DNA of 64,000 nucleotides from an uncultured Acidobacteriota bacterium (GTDB taxonomy: Bacteria; Acidobacteriota; Thermoanaerobaculia; Multivoradales; UBA5704), in the NCBI GenBank assembly GCA_963770895.1, contig CAVYRF010000002.1, forward strand, positions 3,936,001 through 4,000,000. Reading direction: 5' to 3'. The notes below the pieces were generated by a model, which saw only the letters and a program-made list of their open reading frames with translations, made no database searches and was not told the DNA's origin. Of this stretch, positions 53,911 through 61,711 are shown piece after piece. The position numbers and the translations under genes were made by a program. Numbering within the stretch: position 1 is the first letter of the stretch; the number at the start of each line of letters is the position of its first letter.

Positions 53911-53914
53911 CGGC

Positions 53915-55525
53915 GTGCCGGCCGGCCTCAGGCAGGGCGGCGGCGTGCGGCTCGGTGGGCGTGGCAGCTGGCTGTTCTGGATCGCCACGCTGCTGCTGGT
54001 GACCGCGGCTCTGGTGTCGGTGCGCAGCGACCTGGACCAGGCGCACGCCACGCTGATCTACCTGCTGATCGTGCTGGGTGGCAGCGCGAGCGCCGGCCGC
54101 GCTCTGGGTTTCACCCTGGCCTGCGCGTCGGTTTTGATCATCGACTATTTTCTGCAGACCCCGTTTGACAAGCTGGCCATCGACAAGCCGCTCGATTGGC
54201 TGGTGCTGCTGGCGTTCCTGGTGACGGCGGCGGTGGCGACCCAGCTGCTGGGGCGCGCCAACGCCGAGGCCGAAGCGGCGCGCCGGCGCGCCGAGGAGAT
54301 CGACCGGCTGGCGGCATTGGGCGCCGAAACCCTCAACCTGGGCCGTGCCGACGACGCGCTGGAGGCGATCGTCAACGTCATCCGCCAGACGACCGGCGCC
54401 GAGGAGTGCCAGATCTACGCCGGTGGCAGCGCGAACGCCGGCACCGACGCGGCGGAGTTCCAGCTGGTCGCGGGGAAGGCCGGCGCGGCGCTCGCGCCGG
54501 CGAGCCTGGCGACGCTGGCGTCGGTCGCGGCCAAGCGGCGGGTGGCGACGGAGCGGCTGGACGGCACGCCGGTGCACAGCGGTGCCGCCCACGCCGGCGC
54601 GGCGCTCGACGCCGAGCTGGCGGCGGCGCGCACGCTGCTGCTGCCGCTGGTGGTGCACGAGCGCAGCGTCGGCGTGCTGCGGCTTGCCGACCGCGGCGGC
54701 CTGCGCCTGGACCCGGCGCGGCGCCGCTTCCTGGATGCGCTGTCGTACTACGCGGCGCTCGGCGTCGAACGCGTCCACCTGGTGGTGGAGGCCGAGCATG
54801 CCGAGGCGCTGCGCGAGGCCGACCGGCTGAAGGATGCGCTGCTCGCTTCCGTGTCGCACGACTTGCGCACGCCGCTCACCACCATCAAGGCGCTGGCGCA
54901 CGACATTTCCGGCTCCGGCGACGAGCGCGCGGCGGTGATCGAGCAGCAGGCGGACCGGCTGAACCATATGGTGGCGGACCTGCTGGACCTGTCGCGGCTC
55001 AACGCCGGGAGCGTGCCGGTCCACACCGAGATCAACGCTGCCGAGGACCTGGTGGGGGCGGCGATCCAGCAGGCGGCGGGCGCCCTGGCGGGGCGCGAGC
55101 TGCGCACCGCCCTGGAGCTGGGAGAGCCGATGCCGGTGGGCCGGTTCGACTTCGTGCACTCGCTGCGCATCCTGGTGAACCTGATCGAGAACGCGGTCAA
55201 GTATTCGCCGCCGGCGTCGCCCATCGAGATCTCGATGCGCGGCGAAGGCGACCTGCTGGCCATCGCCGTCGCCGACCGCGGCCGCGGCGTGGCGCCGGCC
55301 GAACGCGAGCGCATCTTCGAGCCGTTCTACCGCCCGGCCGGCGTGGCTCCCGACGGGCGCACCTCCGGCAGCGCAGGTTTGGGGCTGGCGATCGCCCGCC
55401 GCCTGGCCCAGGCCCAGGGCGGCACGCTGGTCTACGAAGATCGGCTGGGCGGCGGCAGCATCTTCACCTTGCGCCTGCCCTCGGCAAGCCTGGATCCCGA
55501 GGCGGTGGCCTGGGACGCGCCCTGA
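53915..55525 (+). CDS. KdpD-like sensor kinase (DUF4118-TM, GAF, HisKA, HATPase; lacks the KdpD N-terminal/Usp domains)
   Basis: Four TM segments, SHDLRTPLT, NLIENAVKY, DRGRG, GLGLAI. Confidence 0.9.
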   Translation: MPAGLRQGGGVRLGGRGSWLFWIATLLLVTAALVSVRSDLDQAHATLIYLLIVLGGSASAGRALGFTLACASVLIIDYFLQTPFDKLAIDKPLDWLVLLAFLVTAAVATQLLGRANAEAEAARRRAEEIDRLAALGAETLNLGRADDALEAIVNVIRQTTGAEECQIYAGGSANAGTDAAEFQLVAGKAGAALAPASLATLASVAAKRRVATERLDGTPVHSGAAHAGAALDAELAAARTLLLPLVVHERSVGVLRLADRGGLRLDPARRRFLDALSYYAALGVERVHLVVEAEHAEALREADRLKDALLASVSHDLRTPLTTIKALAHDISGSGDERAAVIEQQADRLNHMVADLLDLSRLNAGSVPVHTEINAAEDLVGAAIQQAAGALAGRELRTALELGEPMPVGRFDFVHSLRILVNLIENAVKYSPPASPIEISMRGEGDLLAIAVADRGRGVAPAERERIFEPFYRPAGVAPDGRTSGSAGLGLAIARRLAQAQGGTLVYEDRLGGGSIFTLRLPSASLDPEAVAWDAP

Positions 55526-55611
55526 TCTTCCGGCGGCCGGTCGCGGCGGTCGCGGTCATCGCGATCGTTACGGTCGTCGCGGCCCGTCGCCAGGCAGCCA
55601 GCATCGCCGGG

Positions 55612-55629
55612 CTTTGCGTTTTCTTTGTG
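55612..55629 (+). promoter_or_regulatory. Putative KdpE-type binding site
   Basis: CTTTGCG-TTTT-CTTTGTG direct repeat (11-bp period), with TAGCAT -10-like hexamer at 55673. Confidence 0.5.
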
Positions 55630-55754
55630 CCGCCCCCGCTAAACCGGGTTGCCCGCCCCACGAGGGCTTGGTTAGCATCCTTGGGCCGTTGCCGGGGCGG
55701 CGGCGACGGCGCGCCGCCAGGAGCGGTCCAGATGGTGTCGGCGAGAGGAGATGA

Positions 55755-57188
55755 GTGCCAGCGAAGAAAGTTAGCAGGCGGCGGCAGTGCCGGCCGCGCC
55801 GCGCCGGCGAGGCTGCCGCCTGTCTCGCGGTGACGGTTGCGCTGGCACTGGCGTGCGGCGCGGCGGCGCCGGTTTGCGCCAGCGCTGCGAGTGCCGCTAC
55901 CGCTGCAGCCATCGCCGAAGCGCCGGCGGCGCCGGCGCTGGTCGCCGCGGCCGCGGTGGCGGCTCCGGCGGGCACGGACCTGGCGGCGGCGCCGCCGGGG
56001 TCGGTCGCCCAATTGAGCCTGCCGCAGGCGATCGACCTGGCGCTGCGGCAGAATCCGGGGCTTGCGGCGCAGGCGGCGACGGTGACGTCGACACAGGCGG
56101 GCGAGGTGACGGCGGCGCTGCGGCCCAATCCGGCGTTTTCCAACGGCACGGTCGATTTCACCGGCGGCGTGGCCTGGACCGTGGAGCGCGGCGGCAAGCG
56201 CCAGCGGCGGATCGCCAGCGCGCGCCTGGCGACCGCCGGCGCCCAACGCGACCTGGAGGACGCCCGCCGCACCTTGATCCTCAACGTCCGCACCACCTTC
56301 ACGGCGGCGCTGCTGGCGCGATTCGACGAGCAGGCGGCGCACGACAACCTGGCCAACTTCCAGCACGTCGAAGAGCTGAACCGCGTGCGCTTCAACCAGG
56401 GCGACATTTCGGGCGGCGACTTTCTCAAGATCGGTCTGCAGAAGCTGCAGTTCCAGACCGATCTGGAAGACGCCCAGCTGGCCTACCGCACCGCTCGCGC
56501 CAACCTGCGCCAGGCGCTGTTTGCGCCGCAGCTGGCGCAGGATTTCGAGGTCGAGGGCGAGCTGCAGACCGCGGCGCCCGTGCCGGCGCTCGCCGACCTC
56601 ACGGCGCGAGCCGTGGCGACGCGGCCGGACCTGTTGTCGGCAAAGCTGGCGGTCGACAAGGCCGAAGCCGACGCGCGGCTGGCGGAGGCCAACGCCAAGG
56701 TGGACGTGACGCTGTCGCTGGGCTGGATCCACACCGGCCAGCCGATCACCTCCGACGACCGGGTGCAGCCGTTTTTCAGCGCCGGTGAGAGCGCCAACGC
56801 GCTGGGCACCGGCGTCAGCTTCGACCTGCCGATCTTCAACCGCAACCAGGGCGAGATCGCCCGCACCCGCTCCGAGGTGGTGCGGGCGCGCGCCGCCGCC
56901 GAATCCGTGCGCGCCCAGGTCATCGCCGACGTCGAGACGGCCTACGTCGCCCTGGCCGCCAGCCGCGAGCGCGTCAGCCTGTACCAGGACGCCTACCTCA
57001 AGGCCTCCAGCGATTCCCGCGAGATCGCCGAGTTCGCCTACCACAAGGGCGCCACCTCGATCCTCGACCTGCTCGACGCCGAGCGCACCGACCGCGCGAC
57101 GCGCCTCGCCTACCGCCAAGCCCTGGCGGACTACGTCACCCACACCCAGCAGCTCGACGCCGCCGTCGGCGCCGAGCCGGCGCCGTAG
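55755..57188 (+). CDS. TolC-family outer-membrane efflux protein (CzcC-like)
   Basis: Signal region, LSL.QAI.LAL.QNP, ERGGKR..RI, LPIFNRNQG, Y..GA.SILDLLDA.R. Confidence 0.9.
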   Translation: MPAKKVSRRRQCRPRRAGEAAACLAVTVALALACGAAAPVCASAASAATAAAIAEAPAAPALVAAAAVAAPAGTDLAAAPPGSVAQLSLPQAIDLALRQNPGLAAQAATVTSTQAGEVTAALRPNPAFSNGTVDFTGGVAWTVERGGKRQRRIASARLATAGAQRDLEDARRTLILNVRTTFTAALLARFDEQAAHDNLANFQHVEELNRVRFNQGDISGGDFLKIGLQKLQFQTDLEDAQLAYRTARANLRQALFAPQLAQDFEVEGELQTAAPVPALADLTARAVATRPDLLSAKLAVDKAEADARLAEANAKVDVTLSLGWIHTGQPITSDDRVQPFFSAGESANALGTGVSFDLPIFNRNQGEIARTRSEVVRARAAAESVRAQVIADVETAYVALAASRERVSLYQDAYLKASSDSREIAEFAYHKGATSILDLLDAERTDRATRLAYRQALADYVTHTQQLDAAVGAEPAP

Positions 57189-57241
57189 CCAAGCCGCCGG
57201 CTCGCGGCTCTCCTCCCGCCCTTTCGCCCGCGCGCTGTAGA

Positions 57242-58897
57242 GTGATCCTCGTGCATCGGATCACGTTCCAGCCGCTGGAGGTCCGCCGCGACGGGATGAC
57301 CTGCCGGTGGCGGGTCGAGCCGGCCACGGCGCTCTACCAGCGGTGCTCGTTCGAGGTGCGGCTGCCCGCGGGGTTGGACGGGATGCAGGTGCCGCTCGAT
57401 GTCTGGTGGACGGTGGTGCTGCTGTGCCTGCATTCCCATTGGGCGCTGCTCGGGCGGTGCACGGTGTGCTTGCCGGTGCGGCTGCCGCCGGGGCAGGGGG
57501 AGTTCTGGCGGCGGCTGGTGGCGAGCGAGCGGATGACGCTTGCGGCCTATGTGCCGGGGGCGAACCCGGTGCTGGTGGCAGGGCCGGAGGCCGGCGGCGC
57601 GATGGGGGCGATGGGCGGTCCCGCAGCGACCCCGGGGATCGACGGGATCGCAGGGGTCGGAGCGATCGGATGGATCGAGGAGGGGCCGACGCTCGCGGCG
57701 GCGCCGCCGCTGGTGGAGGGTGGGCGCTGCGCGGCGGCGTTCAGCGGTGGCAAGGACAGCCTGTTGCAGGCGGCGCTGCTGGCGGAGCTGGGGTTGCCGG
57801 TGGTGCTGGTGGCGACGACGTCGCCGATGCCGCCGTTGCGCGACCACGAGACGGCGCGGCGCCGCCAGGTGATGGCGGCAATGCCGCGCCGGCGGGACGT
57901 GGAGCTGGTGGAAGTGGCGTCCGACCTGCGCTCGGCATGGAAGAACGACTTTCCTCCCGAGGTGGGGTTTCCGGTGTCGGTCAACGAGGTGACCGATACG
58001 TTTCTGTACACGGCGTCGATGCTGCTGGTGGCGGTGCTCTGCGGCGCCACGCACCTGTTCCTGGCGTCGGAAGCGGAGGTGCAGGACAACACCGCGCTGG
58101 CCGGCGGCGGGGTGGTGCAGCACACCCATTTCATGTACTCGGCGGCGACGCAGCGGGCGCTGGCGGCGCTGCTGGCGCCGCTGGGGGTGCGCTACGGCTC
58201 GCTCATCACCGCGCTGTACAGCGTGCAGGTGCAGACGCTGCTGTGGACACGCTACGGCGACCTGCGCGATCTCCAATATTCATGCTGGCGCGTGGGCGAC
58301 GGCGAGGCCACGTGCAGCCGCTGTTCGCAGTGCCTGCGCCTGGCGCTGACCGCGCTGGCGCTGGGCGACAACCCGGAGCGCATGGGGATCGACCTGGTGC
58401 GGCTGCTGCCGGCGATGCGCGACTGGTCGCCGGCCAAGGCATCCTCCCTGGCGGCGGTGCAGCCGGCCAGCGGTGCCGAGCTGCCCGCGGTGCGCATCAG
58501 CCAACGCCTGCGCCGCCAGGCGCTGCGCGCCCTGGCCGTCACGCCCACGGCGCGGGTGGCGGCGATGCTTGCCGCCGGCGGGCCGCACCGGTTGCTGCGC
58601 CGCGACGGCTGGCAGGCGTTGGCGGCCTATGCAGGCCTGCGCCGGCGGCTTGTCCTGGCGGCTCCCGGCGGCGCCCAGGCGCTGCTTGCGGACGTCGCCG
58701 CCGGCTATCGCACCGGCTTTGCCGCCCAGCTCGACCCGCTGGTGCGCGGCCGCGTCAGCGCCATCTTCGCCCAGCACTTCGCGCCCGAGCCGCTGGCCGC
58801 CCACGCCGGCATCCTGGCGCGCGGCGAAGCGCTCAGCGCCTGGATCGCCCAGCCGCTCGCTGCCGCGTCAGCCGGCGGCGGCGGTGCGGCGCGCTAG
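57242..58897 (+). CDS. Hypothetical PP-loop (adenine nucleotide alpha-hydrolase, QueC-like) protein
   Basis: AFSGGKDS and SCWR...CSRCSQC. Confidence 0.7.
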   Translation: MILVHRITFQPLEVRRDGMTCRWRVEPATALYQRCSFEVRLPAGLDGMQVPLDVWWTVVLLCLHSHWALLGRCTVCLPVRLPPGQGEFWRRLVASERMTLAAYVPGANPVLVAGPEAGGAMGAMGGPAATPGIDGIAGVGAIGWIEEGPTLAAAPPLVEGGRCAAAFSGGKDSLLQAALLAELGLPVVLVATTSPMPPLRDHETARRRQVMAAMPRRRDVELVEVASDLRSAWKNDFPPEVGFPVSVNEVTDTFLYTASMLLVAVLCGATHLFLASEAEVQDNTALAGGGVVQHTHFMYSAATQRALAALLAPLGVRYGSLITALYSVQVQTLLWTRYGDLRDLQYSCWRVGDGEATCSRCSQCLRLALTALALGDNPERMGIDLVRLLPAMRDWSPAKASSLAAVQPASGAELPAVRISQRLRRQALRALAVTPTARVAAMLAAGGPHRLLRRDGWQALAAYAGLRRRLVLAAPGGAQALLADVAAGYRTGFAAQLDPLVRGRVSAIFAQHFAPEPLAAHAGILARGEALSAWIAQPLAAASAGGGGAAR

Positions 58898-59158
58898 CGA
58901 ATCGGCGTCTCCCATTCCCTGAGCGAAGCGGCAGCAGCCAGCCTGTGCAAGCTGTGCCAGGCGACAGCCGCGACCCCGGCACTGCCCCTCCATCCCGATG
59001 ATCCACGCGCTCCGCTCGCCCCGGCGACACGGCAGGACTCGGCGCCGGCAAGCAGTGCCTGGCATAAGGCCTCCACTAACGGCTCAATCACCGTGCTGTC
59101 TTCGAGCAGATCCGCAGCAGGTTGCCGCTGCGCCCAGAGGCGCACGGCCATGCACTGG

Positions 59159-59362
59159 TTAACGATCCGCGAAGTCTCCTGCCGCCTCGAATTTCGGCGC
59201 GCGCACCAAGCGATCCTGGTGCTCGCGCTGCTGGGCCATGTAGTAGGCGACCAGCCGATAGGGGTTGTGGCCGAAGCGCTCAGAGATCCGGTGTCGCACG
59301 GCCCGAACGCGATCGATCTCCTCGTCGTCTTCTCCGAGGATAGGATCAGTTTGGGGAGTCAT
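59159..59362 (-). CDS. Small protein, probable partner/antitoxin of the PIN gene
   Basis: 67 aa; overlaps the PIN stop; DEEIDRVRAVRHRISERFGHN. Confidence 0.65.
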   Translation of the reverse strand: MTPQTDPILGEDDEEIDRVRAVRHRISERFGHNPYRLVAYYMAQQREHQDRLVRAPKFEAAGDFADR

Positions 59363-59858
59363 TGGTTTCTCCTAACAGCTCGAGCGGCGTGGCCAGCACT
59401 GGAACGTACAGGCCGAGCAGACCGTTCACCCGCCGAAGGTGCCCAAACTTGTTGGCATTGGCGAGATGCTGACAGTTCCAGGTTACCAGAAAGTCGCACC
59501 GGTGATACGACGCCAGCGCGAGATGGAGGGCGTCCCCTGCGGGATCCGCGGGCATGAGCCTGTGGCGGACATAACCGGCGACGATCTCCGCCACGGCCTC
59601 GGTGATCTCGAGGAAGACCGGCAGACCAACGACCAAGGCCAACGCGGGCTCCCGACTCGGGTAGTCACCCTCGCGCAGCTCATCGAGGACCGCGTCGCTT
59701 GTGACCATGGAATAGCGGTCGCGGCCAACCTCCCACCAGCGGCGCGTCCATAGCCGGCGCGCCTGGGCCGCGGGTCCCGAACGGGTCGTATGGTAAAAGC
59801 TCGGGATCGTAGTCTCGACATAGACGCGGGGCTTGGGCATATCTTGCTCATCGCTCAT
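59346..59858 (-). CDS. PIN-domain (VapC-like) protein
   Basis: VYVETTIPS, VLDEL, DALHLALAS, LVTWNC.HLAN. Confidence 0.88.
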   Translation of the reverse strand: MSDEQDMPKPRVYVETTIPSFYHTTRSGPAAQARRLWTRRWWEVGRDRYSMVTSDAVLDELREGDYPSREPALALVVGLPVFLEITEAVAEIVAGYVRHRLMPADPAGDALHLALASYHRCDFLVTWNCQHLANANKFGHLRRVNGLLGLYVPVLATPLELLGETNDSPN

Positions 59859-60101
59859 GGCTTGCGTGTTCCCATCTTACTCCCCATGGTTTCTCCGTCG
59901 CAGGCGGAGTGCACCGTCTGGCATTCTTTTCCCTCGGCGCTCCCATCCCCACCGCACTGCCCTCCGCCGCCAACTCGCCGGGCGATCCAGGTTACGATAG
60001 CTGGGCATGTGGCCACCCACAGCCTTGCGTCGGAACAGGTGGTCGCCTTCGCCGGAATCCGCAAGCCAGGCTGGCAAGCTCAGCGATCGAGATTCAATGC
60101 C

Positions 60102-61052
60102 ATGAACCTGACCCCGAGCACACACGCTCGAAAACAAGCGCGCGCACATCACTTCTTGCCAGCATTTTATCTCGCGGGGTTCACCTTGTCCGGCACCCAC
60201 GACGGCAGGTTGTGGGCCCTCGATCGGGAACGAGGCAAAGCTTGGCCCACTACGCCACTAAAGGTCGGACACCGTCGTGATTTCTACCGGATCGACCTTG
60301 CTGGAATCGAGCGAGACGCTGTTGAGAGTCGTCTTGAGAGGATCGAGAGCCGGACGGCCCCAGTGCTGCGGAAAATCTGCTCGACACGCTTGCTGCCTTC
60401 AGGTGAAGACTACCGCACGCTGCTCTCGTTCGTAGCGCTGCAAGCCGTCCGCGTGCCACATTTCCGCCGCTTTCTTGAGGAGAAGATGACCTGCCTCGCC
60501 AGACATCGGGCAACGGTTGCCCTTTCCAGCGTACAACTCTTTGAGCAGGTGGTTGAAGAAATGAGACTGCGCGGCAAAGAGATACCTGCGTCGATTTCAA
60601 GGAAATCGCTTCTCGCGTTCCTAAAGGACGAGGGCCGCAGTACTGTCGAGATCTCTCGTGAGGCAACGATTAACCATATGTTCGACATGGCAGGCGCTCT
60701 CGTGCCTGTGTTGGGGCGCCGGAACTGGTCGATCTTATTCTCGCAGGAAGCGGATGTTGACTTCATCTGCTCGGATCAGCCCGTCCTTCTTTGGGCGAAA
60801 CCGCCCGCCTTGCCCTTCTTGGGATTTGGGACAGCGGACGAAATCTTGATCCCTTTGGACAGGCATACTGTTTTAGTGGGGATCTTGGGCGGCGAGAGTC
60901 GATCTTTCGAAGCAAATCGGCTCCGCGTGGGGCTCCTCAATCAGCTCATGCTTGACAAATCAAGCGGCAATATCTACTCGAGCCGCAACGAATTTGTCGT
61001 TACGACTCGCTGTCGTAAAGCGAATCTTCGGCCTGCGGGTCCGACGGATTGA
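60102..61052 (+). CDS. DUF4238 family protein
   Basis: HHFLPAFYLAGF, DFY, FICSDQPV. Visibly lower GC than the flanks. Confidence 0.8.
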   Translation: MNLTPSTHARKQARAHHFLPAFYLAGFTLSGTHDGRLWALDRERGKAWPTTPLKVGHRRDFYRIDLAGIERDAVESRLERIESRTAPVLRKICSTRLLPSGEDYRTLLSFVALQAVRVPHFRRFLEEKMTCLARHRATVALSSVQLFEQVVEEMRLRGKEIPASISRKSLLAFLKDEGRSTVEISREATINHMFDMAGALVPVLGRRNWSILFSQEADVDFICSDQPVLLWAKPPALPFLGFGTADEILIPLDRHTVLVGILGGESRSFEANRLRVGLLNQLMLDKSSGNIYSSRNEFVVTTRCRKANLRPAGPTD

Positions 61053-61216
61053 ACCAGAGTGCCGCGACCGGCGGCAGCCGCGGCCGACCTGGACTGAACT
61101 TTCAGAGCAATCGCCGGATAGCGGTCGGTGGGGCGGTTCTTTGATACTGGCGGGGATGGGCGGCGTGGGGCCGCTCGCGGATGCGGCGCCGCCTGGGGCG
61201 CCGGCTGGAGGAAGTG

Positions 61217-61711
61217 ATGATCCCATTTCGCGTTGTTGCCATTCCCGAATCGATTGCGGCGGAGGTGCGTGCTACGCGGCGTTCGCCTGGCTATGGACAC
61301 CCGGCGCACCGCGAGGTGGCGCGGGGCCACGGGCCCTGTCGGCTTTGCCTGCGCGGGTTTGCGGTGGGGAGCGACGAGCGGATGCTGTTCACCTATGACT
61401 CGTTTGCCGGGGTGGAGCGGCTGCCGCTGCCGGGGCCGGTCTTTATCCATGCGGCGGGCTGTGCGCGCCATCCAGAGGAGGCGGGCCTGCCGGCGGATCT
61501 GCGCGAACATGCGCTGACGTTTTCGGGCTATGGGCGCGGGCGGCTGCTGCGGGCTGTCGAGCAGGCGGTCGGCGATCAGATCGAACCGGCGATCGAGCGG
61601 CTGCTGGCGCGCGCCGACGTGGACTACATCCAGGCGCACAACACCGAGGCCGGCTGCTACGACTTCCGCATCGAGCGCGCCGGCGTGGAGAGTGAGAAAA
61701 TGGCCGGGTGA
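61217..61711 (+). CDS. DUF1203 family protein
   Basis: PCRLCL, PGPVFIH, YIQAHN..AGCY, RBS GGAGG. Confidence 0.85.
   Translation: MIPFRVVAIPESIAAEVRATRRSPGYGHPAHREVARGHGPCRLCLRGFAVGSDERMLFTYDSFAGVERLPLPGPVFIHAAGCARHPEEAGLPADLREHALTFSGYGRGRLLRAVEQAVGDQIEPAIERLLARADVDYIQAHNTEAGCYDFRIERAGVESEKMAG

Noticed and set aside
58894-59151. 85-aa minus-strand ORF downstream of the PIN pair
   Set aside because: No recognisable motif or clear RBS; possibly a remnant
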